A DNA stretch of 64,000 nt from Macrostomum lignano (Eukaryota). Positions 10,601 through 20,500 of the stretch are shown here, one piece after another. The stretch lies in contig NIVC01001611.1 in assembly GCA_002269645.1 (NCBI GenBank), positions 124,001-188,000 on the forward strand. The letters are read 5' to 3'. The notes beneath the pieces are model-generated. The model was given only the letters and a program-made list of their open reading frames with translations, had not been told where the DNA came from and made no database searches. Numbering within the stretch: position 1 is the first letter of the stretch; each line of letters starts with the position of its first letter. Both the position numbers and the translations under genes were made by a program.

Positions 10601-12989
10601 CCCCTTTCAAATATCCGCTCTTCTGAAATCCGCCCCCTTTCAAATATCCGCTCTTCTGAAATCCGCCCCTTCCCCAAATATCCGCTCATCTGAAATCCGC
10701 CCCTTCCCCAAATATCCGCTCATCTGAAATCCGCCCCCTTTCAAATATCCGCTCTTCTGAAATCCGCCCCCTTTCAAATATCCGCTCTGTCTGAAATCCG
10801 CCCCTTCCCCAAATATCCGCTCATCTGAAATCCGCCCCTTCCAAATATCCGCTCTTCTGAAATCCGCCCCCTTTTAAATATCCGCTCATCTGAAATCCGC
10901 CCCCTTTCAAATATCCGCTCTTCTGAAATCCGCCCCCTTTCAAATATCCGCTCTTCTGAAATCCGCCCCCTTTCAAATATCCGCTCTTCTGAAATCCGCC
11001 CCTTCCCCAAATATCCGCTCATCTGAAATCCGCCCCTTCCCCAAATATCCGCTCATCTGAAATCCGCCCCCTTTCAAATATCCGCTCTTCTGAAATCCGC
11101 CCCCTTTCAAATATCCGCTCTGTCTGAAATCCGCCCCTTCCCCAAATATCCGCTCTGTCTGAAATCTGCCCCTTCCCCAAATATCCGCTCATCTGAAATC
11201 CGCCCCTTCCAAATATCCGCTCTTCTGAAATCCGCCCCTTTTAAATATCCGCTCATCTGAAATCCGCCCCTTTCAAATATCCGCTCTTCTGAAATCCGCC
11301 CCCTTTCAAATATCCGCTCTTCTGAAATCCGCCCCTTCCCCAAATATCCGCTCATCTGAAATCCGCCCCTTCCCCAAATATCCGCTCATCTGAAATCCGC
11401 CCCCTTTCAAATATCCGCTCTTCTGAAATCCGCCCCCTTTCAAATATCCGCTCTTCTGAAATCCGCCCCTTCCCCAAATATCCGCTCATCTGAAATCCGC
11501 CCCCTTTCAAATATCCTATCTCTCTAAAATCCGCCCCCTTTCAAATATCCGCTCATCTGAAATCCGCCCCCTTCCAAATATCCGCTCTCCTGAAATCCGC
11601 CCCCATCTCCGCCCCTCCCGCACTCAGGTGCTGGGCTCCGAGGCGGTGCAGGACCCCACCAAAGCGGAGGCATTCGTCCGAGCCCAGATGGACAAGCGCA
11701 AGCGAGATCACGAGTCGGCCAACGCAGCCCGCCAGCTGACGCCCGAGCAGAGGCGAGCTAAAAAGATTCGCAAACTGACGGAGGATACGAAAACCGGGGT
11801 GATGGTCAGCGTGTTCTTGGTTAAGGACCTGTCCGACCTGTCGCATCGGTTCAAGGTTCGAGCTTGCCTGTGTAGCAGCGCATCTTTCAATACAAGCGAC
11901 CCCACTGAAATACCCCCTGAAGGGATCGACTGAGAAAACCCTACCCACTGAAGACCGAATACCAACCGAAATACCCACTTTGAGAGACTCGGTGTAACCT
12001 AAAAGACGATTTAAATACCCCCAGAAATACTCGATTTAAATACCCCTGAAGAGTTCTCAATTTTAATACCTCTAATAGATTCTATTTAAATACCCCCTGA
12101 AAAGTTTCTATTGAAATACCCTGAAATATTATATTCAAATAACCCCTGAAAGATTCTATTCAAATAACCCCTGAAAGATTCTATTCAAATACCCCTGAAA
12201 TATTATATTCAAATACCCCTGAAATATTATATTCAAATACCCCTGAAAGATTCTATTCAAATACCCCTGAAATATTATATTCAAATACCCCTGAAAGATT
12301 CTATTCAAATACCCCTGAAAGATTCTATTCAAATACCCCTGAAAGATTATATTCAAATACCCCTGAAAGATTCTATTCAAATACCCCTGAAATATTATAT
12401 TCAAATACCCCTGAAATATTCTATTCAAATACCCCTGAAATATTCTATTCAAATACCCCTGAAAGATTCTATTCAAATACCCCTGAAAGATTCTATTCAA
12501 ATACCCCTGAAAGAGACTCGATTTAAATACACCATGAAGAACCCTAGTGAATTGTCCCTTAAATACCCATGAGAGACACCCTGAAGAAGCCCAACTGAGC
12601 CGGCCCTACAAAGCAGCCATTCAAAATACCCCCTGAATCCTCAGGTCCGGGCCAACGCCGAGCAGCTGGGCATGACAGGCGTGGCGGTGACTCATCGCGA
12701 CTGCTGTGTAGTGGTAGTTGAAGGCGGCCCCAAGCAGACTCGCAAGTTCAGCCGGCTGATGCTCGAGCGGATCAGATGGACCGAAGGCAAAACTAAAGTG
12801 CCAGACAACCAGTGCAAGCTGGTTTGGACCGGCTTCACTAAGGATCGCGCATTTGACAAGCTGGATTTTCAATCCGCCCCAACTGAGATGGCTGGCAGGG
12901 AGATATTTAAGAAGGCCGGCGTTGAGCACTACTGGGATCATTGCTATGCTGGCAATGTGCTGCAGTCTGTTGGAGGCGAATCTGCCTAA
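1615..12989 (+). CDS. PRPF3: U4/U6 snRNP protein Prp3, 6 coding exons, ~579 aa
   Basis: Exons 1615-2042, 2138-2152, 3357-3560, 9292-9811, 11628-11855, 12645-12989 (1740 nt). All introns are GT-AG and phases join in frame. Prp3 motifs: [90 protein letters not shown]. Confidence 0.93.
2206..3253. repeat. 31-bp purine-rich minisatellite filling PRPF3 intron 2
   Basis: Unit AGATGGGAAAGGCAGATGGTATAGAATGTAT, ~33 copies. Confidence 0.95.
4547..4688 (-). repeat. 3' LTR (142 bp)
   Basis: TGTTATG...CACAACA; matches 8915-9056. Confidence 0.97.
4689..4699 (-). other. Polypurine tract AAAAGGGGAGA
   Basis: Purine run on the minus strand immediately 5' of the 3' LTR. Confidence 0.9.
4742..8815 (-). CDS. 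Gag-Pol polyprotein (gag, two CCHC knuckles, aspartic protease, RT, RNase H, integrase), 1357 aa
   Basis: [14 protein letters not shown] and [14 protein letters not shown] knuckles; protease DTGS; [23 protein letters not shown]; RNase H TDAS, ELELLAV, TDHKPL; integrase HASH...CQSC zinc finger plus D-D-E (HADF, ADCGPQF, GRAE). PR-RT-RH-IN order is Ty3/Gypsy. Confidence 0.97.
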   Translation of the reverse strand: MAPPSPSRAPTISPSRGHSSTAVTGSRVSLPGLQIPRLDLATDTVDEFDAWRATIEAYFEAMGVQKSDADSNEVAAQKRANRRACILNSFSATTYNKYKNLPLTEAEFRDPEKVIQTLRAHLIGQVNIIVERNRFWTRQQKEGEAFSDFLMELRDLMRTCAFCQHADDLLRDKIVLGIRNPDTVKRLLAEPKLSLSEAVTICQAEEASIKQRDEICKSASLNALKISAYRTTKHPVFLKGQPQTSKSQSCGYCGKQKHSGETCPARDKTCRRCGKKGHFDRVCRSKNTLSKKPSESSRKGNIQSLIAMLQPDCPVVNVQIGGVTLTMMPDTGSNITAIRVEDMQKLARRPRILEAADGPTAANGQCMKVIGKFHDSISIGETKITTDIYVLDRLTVPVLSWRACVDLGIIPRNFPRQQINSIATRTATAEDLISEFPAVFDGIVRPMKGEAFSIKLREDAQPFSIKTPRRIPFPLYERLKAELDSLEAQEIICKVTAPTQWCAPIVVAPKKDNGIRMCVDFRELNKYVIRSRYQSQTPLEVVASTDASRAKYFSVVDALKGYHQIPLAKESMHLTTFITPFGRYMFRMAPFGISSISEYYNQRLDDTFQGLKEVRHVVDDCLIATSGEESHVQAVRQFLQRCQDNGVALNKNKFAFCKTQIDFAGFRLSADGYSIDPELMKAVRKFPTPNNITDLRAFFGLVNQVGTFTSDIAEVTASLRPLLSEKNLFQWGDEHQTAFEEARRRLAIAPTLAYYDQRKPTALHTDASRLKGIGFLLKQQQTDGSWRVVQAGSRFISETESRYAMIELELLAVVWATQKCRLFLEGLHEFEIVTDHKPLIPILNSYQLDQIENPRIQRLRAKLNRYVYKARWVKGKDNADADALSRAPVDNPTAQDELGESADFQLTNQLLMHLESAELDPILQSVRQSTASDQELQDLMQYIRDGFPNDKANLPLCIRSFWHVRDKLSVDDGIILCGCRCVIPHAMRKQILTDLHASHQGLHKTKQRARMVVYWPGIDRDIENTVKQCQSCREHLPSQIREPMTTQDQPDRCFQHIHADFCEHAGKKFLVLVDAYSGWPAFCHFGDRAPTYKLINACREFFCQTAVPEKFCADCGPQFKAQPFVNFLRRWGVNIKYSSPYYHQSNGRAEAAVKSIKKIVRGAWDSRLNDLDKDKMAQGLLQLRNTPMYDGRIPSVMVYGHTVRDTLPAHRKSFAKEWKDKVWKMEEKAAEIHAKVHQHYNASKRQLEPLRVGSHVVLQNPVTKLWDKKGVVVEVGRHQDYMVKLVSGRIFRRNRVYIRRCLPQEQLSTTGASQKEGEAQDAPDKPKTAQPRRSQRSNKGVPAPKLHYRKLGEPVNA
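8900..8914 (-). other. Primer-binding site TGGCGTCGCAAGCAG (tRNA-Ser-type)
   Basis: Directly follows the 5' LTR. Complementary to a tRNA 3' end ...CUGCUUGCGACGCCA, resembling tRNA-Ser acceptor ends (assignment from memory, not searched). Confidence 0.75.
8915..9056 (-). repeat. 5' LTR (142 bp)
   Basis: Matches 4547-4688. Confidence 0.97.
9838..11605. repeat. 33-35-bp minisatellite filling PRPF3 intron 4
   Basis: Unit TCTGAAATCCGCCCC(C)TT(CCC/T)CAAATATCCGCTC(A/T), ~50 copies. Confidence 0.95.
12010..12530. repeat. 24-bp minisatellite in PRPF3 intron 5
   Basis: Unit ATTCTATTCAAATACCCCTGAAAG and variants. Confidence 0.92.
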
Positions 12990-13694
12990 CTTGTTCATTT
13001 ACTGACTATACTACTGTTTGCCCTCGCTTGTGTAAGTAGTCTAATAGGGAAATTAATGATTTTTATGCAAAAAGTATGATATGTACAAAACAGGTTTTTT
13101 TTTCTAATTTGCTCTGTTAATATGAATTAACCAAGACTTGGTGTTTGTGGAAGTCTTTGTTTTCATCACTAATAATATTAATAACTATTGAGTAACTAAG
13201 CATTTTTAAACAAACAAAAAGATAATAAATAAATTATTATGAAACATCTGCCTTCGTCGCATGTTGCCTCATTCAAATTTGTTAATTAACAGCTTTGTTT
13301 TAATTAATTTTTGTGTTTCTCAATCGGTTTTTATTTCAAGACTGAAAAACGCAAGCATTTTCGCTACAAAGCCTACAGTGATCCCCAAAAGGGCAGATCC
13401 GGACACTTTGAAGGAGGGGATGCTTTTCCCCATTAATTTGCCTTTCCAACTTCTTTGTAGGTTTTCTTTTTAGTTTCCTGAAAGTGGGCTAAAACAGTTT
13501 TTCCTGTACTTGCACAACAGCGAAATTGAGGCAAGAAAGGCTGCCTGTGTTTGCTAGTTCAAAGTAGCTGGTCGGTTGTTAATGCTCTTCTTCGGGGAGA
13601 GGATTATGGATTCAAGTGAACTGACTGACCTGAGGGAGTAACTGCAAAGCTAATTGCCTCATTCTAAATCACTCGCGCAGTTGAGATGTAAGGA

Positions 13695-14415
13695 GGTATC
13701 TGTTAGATGTGTGTTATCTGTTGGATTTGTTTGTTATCTGTTAGATACGTGTTATCCGTTAGATGCGTGTTATCTGTTAGATGTGTGTGTTGTCTTTTGG
13801 ATTTGTGTGTTATCTGTTAGGTTTGTGGTATCTGTTAGATGTGTGTGTTATCTTTTGAATTTGTGTGTTATCTGTTAGATGTGTGTTATCTGTTGGATGT
13901 GTGTGTGTTATCTGTTAGATTTGTGTGTGTATGTGTGTGTGTGTGTGTGTTATCTGTTAGATTTGTGTGTGTGTGTTATCTGTTAAATTTGTGTTATCCG
14001 TTAGATTTGTGTGTTTTCTGTTAGATTTGTGTGTGTGTCATCTGTTAAGTGTGTGTTATCTGTTAAATTTGTGTGTTATCTGTTAGATGTGTGTCATCTG
14101 TTGGATGTGTGTGTGTGTTATCTGTTAAATTTGTGTGTTATCTGTTGGATGTGTGTGTGTTATCTGTTAAATTTGTGTGTTATCTGTTGGATGTGTGTGT
14201 GTTATCTGTTAGATTTGTGTGTGTGTGTGTGTTATCTGTTAGATTTGTATGTGTGTGTTATCTGTTAGATTTGTGTGTGTGTGTGTGTGTTATCTGTTAG
14301 ATTTGTATGTGTGTGTTATCTGTTAAGTGTGTGTTCTGTTAAATTTGTGCTATCCGTTAGATTTGTGTGTTATCTGTTGGATGTATGTGTGTGTGTGTGT
14401 GTGTTATCTGTTAGA

Positions 14416-14453
<38 letters not shown>

Positions 14454-14680
14454 CTGTTAGATTTGTATGTGTGTGTTATCTGTTAAGTGTGTGTTCTGTT
14501 AAATTTGTGCTATCCGTTAGATTTGTGTGTTATCTGTTGGATGTATGTGTGTGTGTGTGTGTGTGTTATCTGTTAGATTTGTGTGTGTGTGTGTGTGTTA
14601 TCTGTTAAATTTGTATGTGTGTGTTATCTGTTAGATGTGTGTTATCTGTTAAATTGGGTGTTATCTGTTAGAGACAAATC
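13695..14680. repeat. TG-rich compound repeat (GTTATCTGTTAGATTT + (GT)n)
   Basis: Constant core separated by variable-length GT runs. Confidence 0.9.
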
Positions 14681-15328
14681 TGTTAGGTAGTCTTGTTATA
14701 CAATAAGTGTTAGATAGAAGTGTTGCATGTTCAATCGGGATTAGAAATCAACTAAAGAAGTATCGCATTTTTCATATTTGCTTGAACTCTGCTCAGCCAG
14801 GTGCGCCAGCTAGGATAGTTGCGCTGCATTTGCCCTGTCATTTAAGGCATGCCTGTTATTATTGCTATGTCTCTTTGAATAGGACGTTCAAGCAGCTTCA
14901 GCTGAGAGGCAGTAAAAATATTTGTACTTATATCATGCGATTTCGTCATCAAAAGCAGTGCTCAAAAAAGCTTCACTCTATTTTGTTTCAACAAAAAATG
15001 CACCGAGCCTAGCAACCAATTTCCAGATTGAAGTAAACTCCCCTTCAGTCAGGCATTGTTTTTCAAAACACTTCGTATTGACAGTAAAAATAATTTCCAA
15101 TAAGTCTGCTGCTCAACTGCTTGATTTCATGGATTGCAAATATGTGGTCCGACCGGGCGTAGCTTGGTTGGGTGTTAAACCAGTGGGGCGTGGCTCTTGT
15201 GCGTTGGTGCGGGGGTGGTGGGCCGGGCCTTGGTCACGTGCCCGCGGCCTGGGTGGCGGTTTTTTAATGCGGTGCGGGCTGTCGCTGACCCGCCAAGCGC
15301 GTATTGATTTTTTTTCTCAATTTTTGCA

Positions 15329-16240
15329 ATGGCTGACCGCGACAAACTTATGCACCTGAGCAAGGTGGCTCTGCAAGCCTTGTGTGCCCACGCTAACATA
15401 AGCAGTCGGGGCAACAAGGCCGACCTTGTCAGCGCCCTTCTCGCAGCCCCAGACCAGTCGTGGACAGATTCGCTGTTGCAGAACATGGAGCAATCTGAGC
15501 AAGAAGCCGAAGCAGACGACAACATCAGTACGGAGGCGGCTCGGGAGTCGGCGGCGGGCCTGGACGAGGACATCGCGAAGGCGGAGAAGGAGATCAGACT
15601 GTTGCAGCTACGCAAGGAAGCCGCTCAACTCAAGAGGGAGATCGGAGATCTGCAGCGCGAGTGTCCATCCACGCGTCCTATGAATCGCGGTGAGTGTGCC
15701 AAGCCTGCTGGCCCCAGTTACTTTCCTGATGGGTGTGATGATGCTGGATTAGACCAAGAAGATAATGGCAATGAGCTGCTTGACAGATTGTTGTCACAGA
15801 ACAGGGCCAATGAACGGATGGAGTCTTCTGGTAGACGTAAGGCTCTCCTGGTTCGTGATTTCCTCGACGGCTTTGAGCAGGAAGAGGTGCTGGCTAATGG
15901 TTCTGGTGGCCGAATCACTTACAAGAGCAGAAAACCTAATCCAGATAGCATCACGGCAGCGCAGTATTTGGTAGGCAATTGCAGGCTGATGATGCAGATG
16001 ATCAAGGATGGTGCCCTGGTGACTAGTAGAAATGGAACTGCCGACACGACTGATTTGATGAATTACTTACGCTACTCAATACAGATTGGCGAGCTGTTTG
16101 ACGGGGGCTTCGGCCTGGCGCAGGTGAATCGTTTTGACGAGGACTACCGCACTAGGCAAGCTGAAACTGGCATGCGATGGGGCAAGGAGTCTTTCAAGGA
16201 CGTCACATTGAGTATCAAACCATCAAGGACGTCACATTGA
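15329..16240 (+). mobile_element. SAP-domain ORF with DIRS/Ngaro-type (tyrosine-recombinase retrotransposon) gag-like region, 3'-truncated
   Basis: N-terminal LSKVALQALCAHANISSRGNKADLVSAL fits the SAP pattern, followed by a coiled coil. ITAAQYL..N.RLM..M...YLRYS..IGEL......V..FDEDYR.RQA..G.RWG fits the gag-like ORF1 pattern of YR retrotransposons. The last ~15 codons are satellite. No RT or recombinase follows. Confidence 0.65.
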
Positions 16241-17350
16241 GTATCAAACCATCAAGGACGTCACATTGAGTATCAACCATCAAGGACGTCACATTGAGTA
16301 TCAAACCATCAAGGACGTCATATTTATCAAACCATCAAGGACGTCACATTGAGTATCAAACCATCAAGGACGTCATATTTATCAAACCATCAAGGACGTC
16401 ACATTCAGTATCAAACCATCAAGGACGTCACATTGAGTATCAAACCATCAAGGAAGTCACATTGAGTATCAAACCATCAAGGACGTCACATTGAGTATCA
16501 AACCATCAAGGAAGTCACATTGAGTATCAAACCATCAAGGAAGTCACATTGAGTATCAAACCATCAAGGACGTCACATTGAGTATCAAACCATCAAGGAC
16601 GTCATATTTATCAAACCATCAAGGACGTCACATTGAGTATCAAACCATCAAGGACGTCACATTGAGTATCAAACCATCAAGGACGTCATATTTATCAAAC
16701 CATCAAGGACGTCACATTGAGTAACAAACCATCAAGGACGTCACATTGAGTATCAAACCATCAAGGACGTCATATTTATCAAACCATCAAGGACGTCACA
16801 TTGAGTAACAAACCATCAAGGACGTCACATTGAGTATCAAACCATCAAGGACGTCATATTTATCAAACCATCAAGGACGTCACATTGAGTAACAAACCAT
16901 CAAGGAAGTCACATTGAGTATCAAACCATCAAGGAAGTCACATTGAGTATCAAACCATCAAGGACGTCATATTTATCAAACCATCAAGGACGTCACATTG
17001 AGTATCAAACCATCAAGGACGTCACATTGAGTATCAAACCATCAAGGACGTCACGTTGGATATCAAACCATCAAGGAAGTCATATTGAGTATCAAACCAT
17101 CAAGGACGTCACATTGAGTAGCAATCAAACCATCAAGGACGTCGCATTGTGTATCAACTTATCAAAGACGTCTCACTGAGTATCAGCAATTATCAAAGAC
17201 GTCACCTTGAGTTATCAGCTTATCAAAGACGTCACCTTGAGTTATCAGCTTATCAAAAACGTCACCTTGAGTTATCAGCTTATCAAAAACGTCACCTTGA
17301 GTTATCAGCTTATCAAAGACGTCACATTGAGTATCAACTTATCAAACGGA
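16195..17350. repeat. 29-bp minisatellite (GAGTATCAAACCATCAAGGACGTCACATT)
   Basis: About 33 copies, degenerating after ~17140. Confidence 0.95.
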
Positions 17351-17548
17351 AGTCAAAACTAAGTGGGCTCAATAGCTACTATACTACAGCTACTACTACC
17401 ACATCTACGGTGACACGGGGAGTGTTGTCAACAACAGTTCATGCACTGTAAACTGGTCATGCTGCAACCTTTAAAACCCGGGAATCTGTGAGAATGCCTT
17501 AGTTGTCGGCCATATGAATCTGGCCATCAATATAAGCGATCAGTCGCT

Positions 17549-20500
17549 TCACCGGTTGCTCTGATGCAGCCAGATGGACTCATCGCCGCACTCAAATTCG
17601 CAGCCGTCGGTACCGCTGCTGCTGTCGTCATTCTTGGCGTCGTCATCCAATCGCCGTTGCAACTCCGGCAGGCTGCGACATCTCTTACGACTACCAGCCG
17701 ACGTCAGCGGCACCTGCTGTTTCTGTCGGTGTCGCCTGGACCTGCCGCTGCGCTGCTTTCTCGAATGGCAGCTGCAGTTGCAGCAGCGGCGCTGGGTGAC
17801 AACTAGCTGCCGGTTGTTCATCTTCAACAATGACTGCTGCTGCTGCGAAGCTGCTCGCTCACCGTCGTCGATGGCTGTTGGCGGCGGCGCCGCCGGTCCT
17901 GGGTCTCCGCCTGTTGTCCGACGGTCGCGCAGTTGCAGTCGTCCCCGATGCTGACACGTCGCTGCCTGCAGGTGCAGCGGCATCCCCATCTGGCGTCGCC
18001 TCTCAGCATAGTCGACAAACTCGCCGTCGGCGGAGACGCAGCCGCAGAAGGCGGCGGCCCGTCTGAGCAGCTGCCACAGCCGGAGAAAGTTGCTGCGCCT
18101 GAGCAGGATGTACAGCCACGGGTCCAGGATCTGGTTGATGGAGGCCAGGTGCACGGCTGAGAGGTCGCGGCGGCAGTCGGATCCGTTGAATAGCGAGTTG
18201 ATCAGGACTCGGAGCTGTTGATTGGGTGCGATCTGGCGTGTGAGCACCCTGACTCATTTCTGGTGTGTGAGCACCCTGACTCATTTCTGGTGTGTGAGCA
18301 CCCTGACTCATTTCTGGTGTGTGAGCACCCTGACTCATTTCTGGTGTGTGAGCACCCTGACTCATTTCTGGTGTGTGAGCACCCTGACTCATTTCTGGTG
18401 TGTGAGCACCCTGACTCATTTCTGGTGTGTGAGCACCCTGACTCATTTCTGGTGTGTGAGCACCCCGACTCATTTCTGGTGTGTGAGCACCCTGACTCAT
18501 TTCTGCGTGTGAGCACCCTGACTCATTTCTGGCGTGTGAGCACCCTGACTCATTTCTGGTGTGTGAGCACCCTGACTCATGTACACTTCACTGTGTCTTG
18601 GGGGTTGCCCCTTAAAGCCGTTAATTGCACGAGCAGAGCCAAGCCGAGATTCCAATTTAGCCCCAAATTAATGTGACTGCACTTCGAATCGAGCCTGGGC
18701 CGCTGGTACATCAGAGCGCCGCACTAAACTACTGGGCCTTCCTGACTCTAGGACTCCTGTCACCAATTGCACTGTTTCAATTGGTTGATAAACATATTTT
18801 TGGCATTGCAGAATTTGCACTCTGCGCACTCTAGCCTAGCAGCCGGACTTACTGTAATACGCAAAAACAGTTTAAAATGTACATCCATGCAGCTGGTACG
18901 CCTTGCTCGCATTTTGAGCAAGCGCCATGCAGGCGAAATATGAGAAATTTTTGCCATATGTTATATTATCATATTAGCTATTCACATGGGACAACCCAGA
19001 GCTGCCAATCCAATTTGTTCCCCAACAATTTCTTGAGCAGCTGTCTGGCTGGACCTGTGGACTCAACACCTCAACCGGCATCTCTGGGGCCAGCCAGCAC
19101 GTGCTTTGTTATGGTCGTAGAAAATTTCTCCCTGACGACTAATAGTAAAGCCCCTTTCGCTCCATCATCTGGGAGGGAGAGAAGGCTTATTTGCATATTG
19201 TAGCAAATTGCTGTGAAAACCGCTTTGGAGCTTCAAGGACTACTAAACAAAACTATGCATCTGGACTGGCCGGTTTCATGTCGAATCCTCACCTTCGGTT
19301 GTTATTGCTGGTATTGATTAGAAATAAAATCGCATTTCTCATTTTAACATTTTTTGACTCGCCAATTAAAACAAGTTTGTGGCAATTCCAATCCAAATGC
19401 TACGTTTTAGAAGTCCCTGCCCTCTCCCTAAAAGGCCTCGAACTGCAGCAAAAGTCGGTGAAGCGTCGAAATTAAGCTTTTCGTTTAATCTGGGACAGTT
19501 TAATATGCAGACCGAAGAGAGTGAGAGCAGTGTCTGATTGAGAGCAAGTGCTGGCATTCTGTGACCGTTAGAGTGCATATTTCAGGTCCCACCTCTCGTT
19601 TGCCATTTATTTACTTCTACACTTTATCCTGCAATGTACTTTTATCCTATTCAATCTAATTCTATCCAACTCTATCCAACTCTATCCAACTCTATCCAAC
19701 TCTATCCAACTCTATCCAACTCTATCCAACTCTATCCAACTCTATCCAACTCTATCCAATTCTATCCAACTCTATCCAATTCTATCCAATTCTATCCAAT
19801 TCTATCCAATTCTATCCAATTCTATCCAATTTTATCCAATTCTATCCAATTCTACCCAACCATATCCAACTCTATCCAACTCTATCCAATTCTATCCAAT
19901 TTTATCCAATTCTATCCAATTCTACCCAACCATATCCAACTCTATCCAATTCTATCCAATTCTATCCAATTTTATCCAATTCTATCCAATTCTACCCAAC
20001 CATATCCAACTCTATCCAACTCTATCCAACTCTATCCAATTTTATCCAACCATATCCAATTCTATCCAATTCTACCCAACCATATCCAACTCTATCCAAC
20101 TCTATCCAACTCTATCCAACTCTATCCAATTTTATCCAACCATATCCAATTCTATCCAATACTACTTAATTCTATCTAACTCTATCGGATTCAATCCAAC
20201 TCTATCCTATTCTATCCAATTCTATCAAATTCTATCCAATTCTATCCAATTCTATCCAATTCTATCCAATTCTATCCAATTCTATCCAATTCTATCTAAT
20301 TTTATCCAATTCTATCCAATTCTACCCAACCATATCCAATTCTATCCAATTCTATCTAATTTTATCCAATTCTATCCAATTCTACCCAACCATATCCAAC
20401 TCTATCCAATTCTATCCAATTCTATCCAATTTTACCCAACCATATCCAACCATATCCAACTCTATCCAACTCTATCCAATTCTATCCAACTCTATCCAAC

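Noticed and set aside
16181-17450. Possible GC-AG intron (TGGG|GCAAGG) removing the 29-bp array and continuing the gag ORF
   Set aside because: Downstream acceptors give only short frames with no Cys/His gag motif; unsupported without RNA data.
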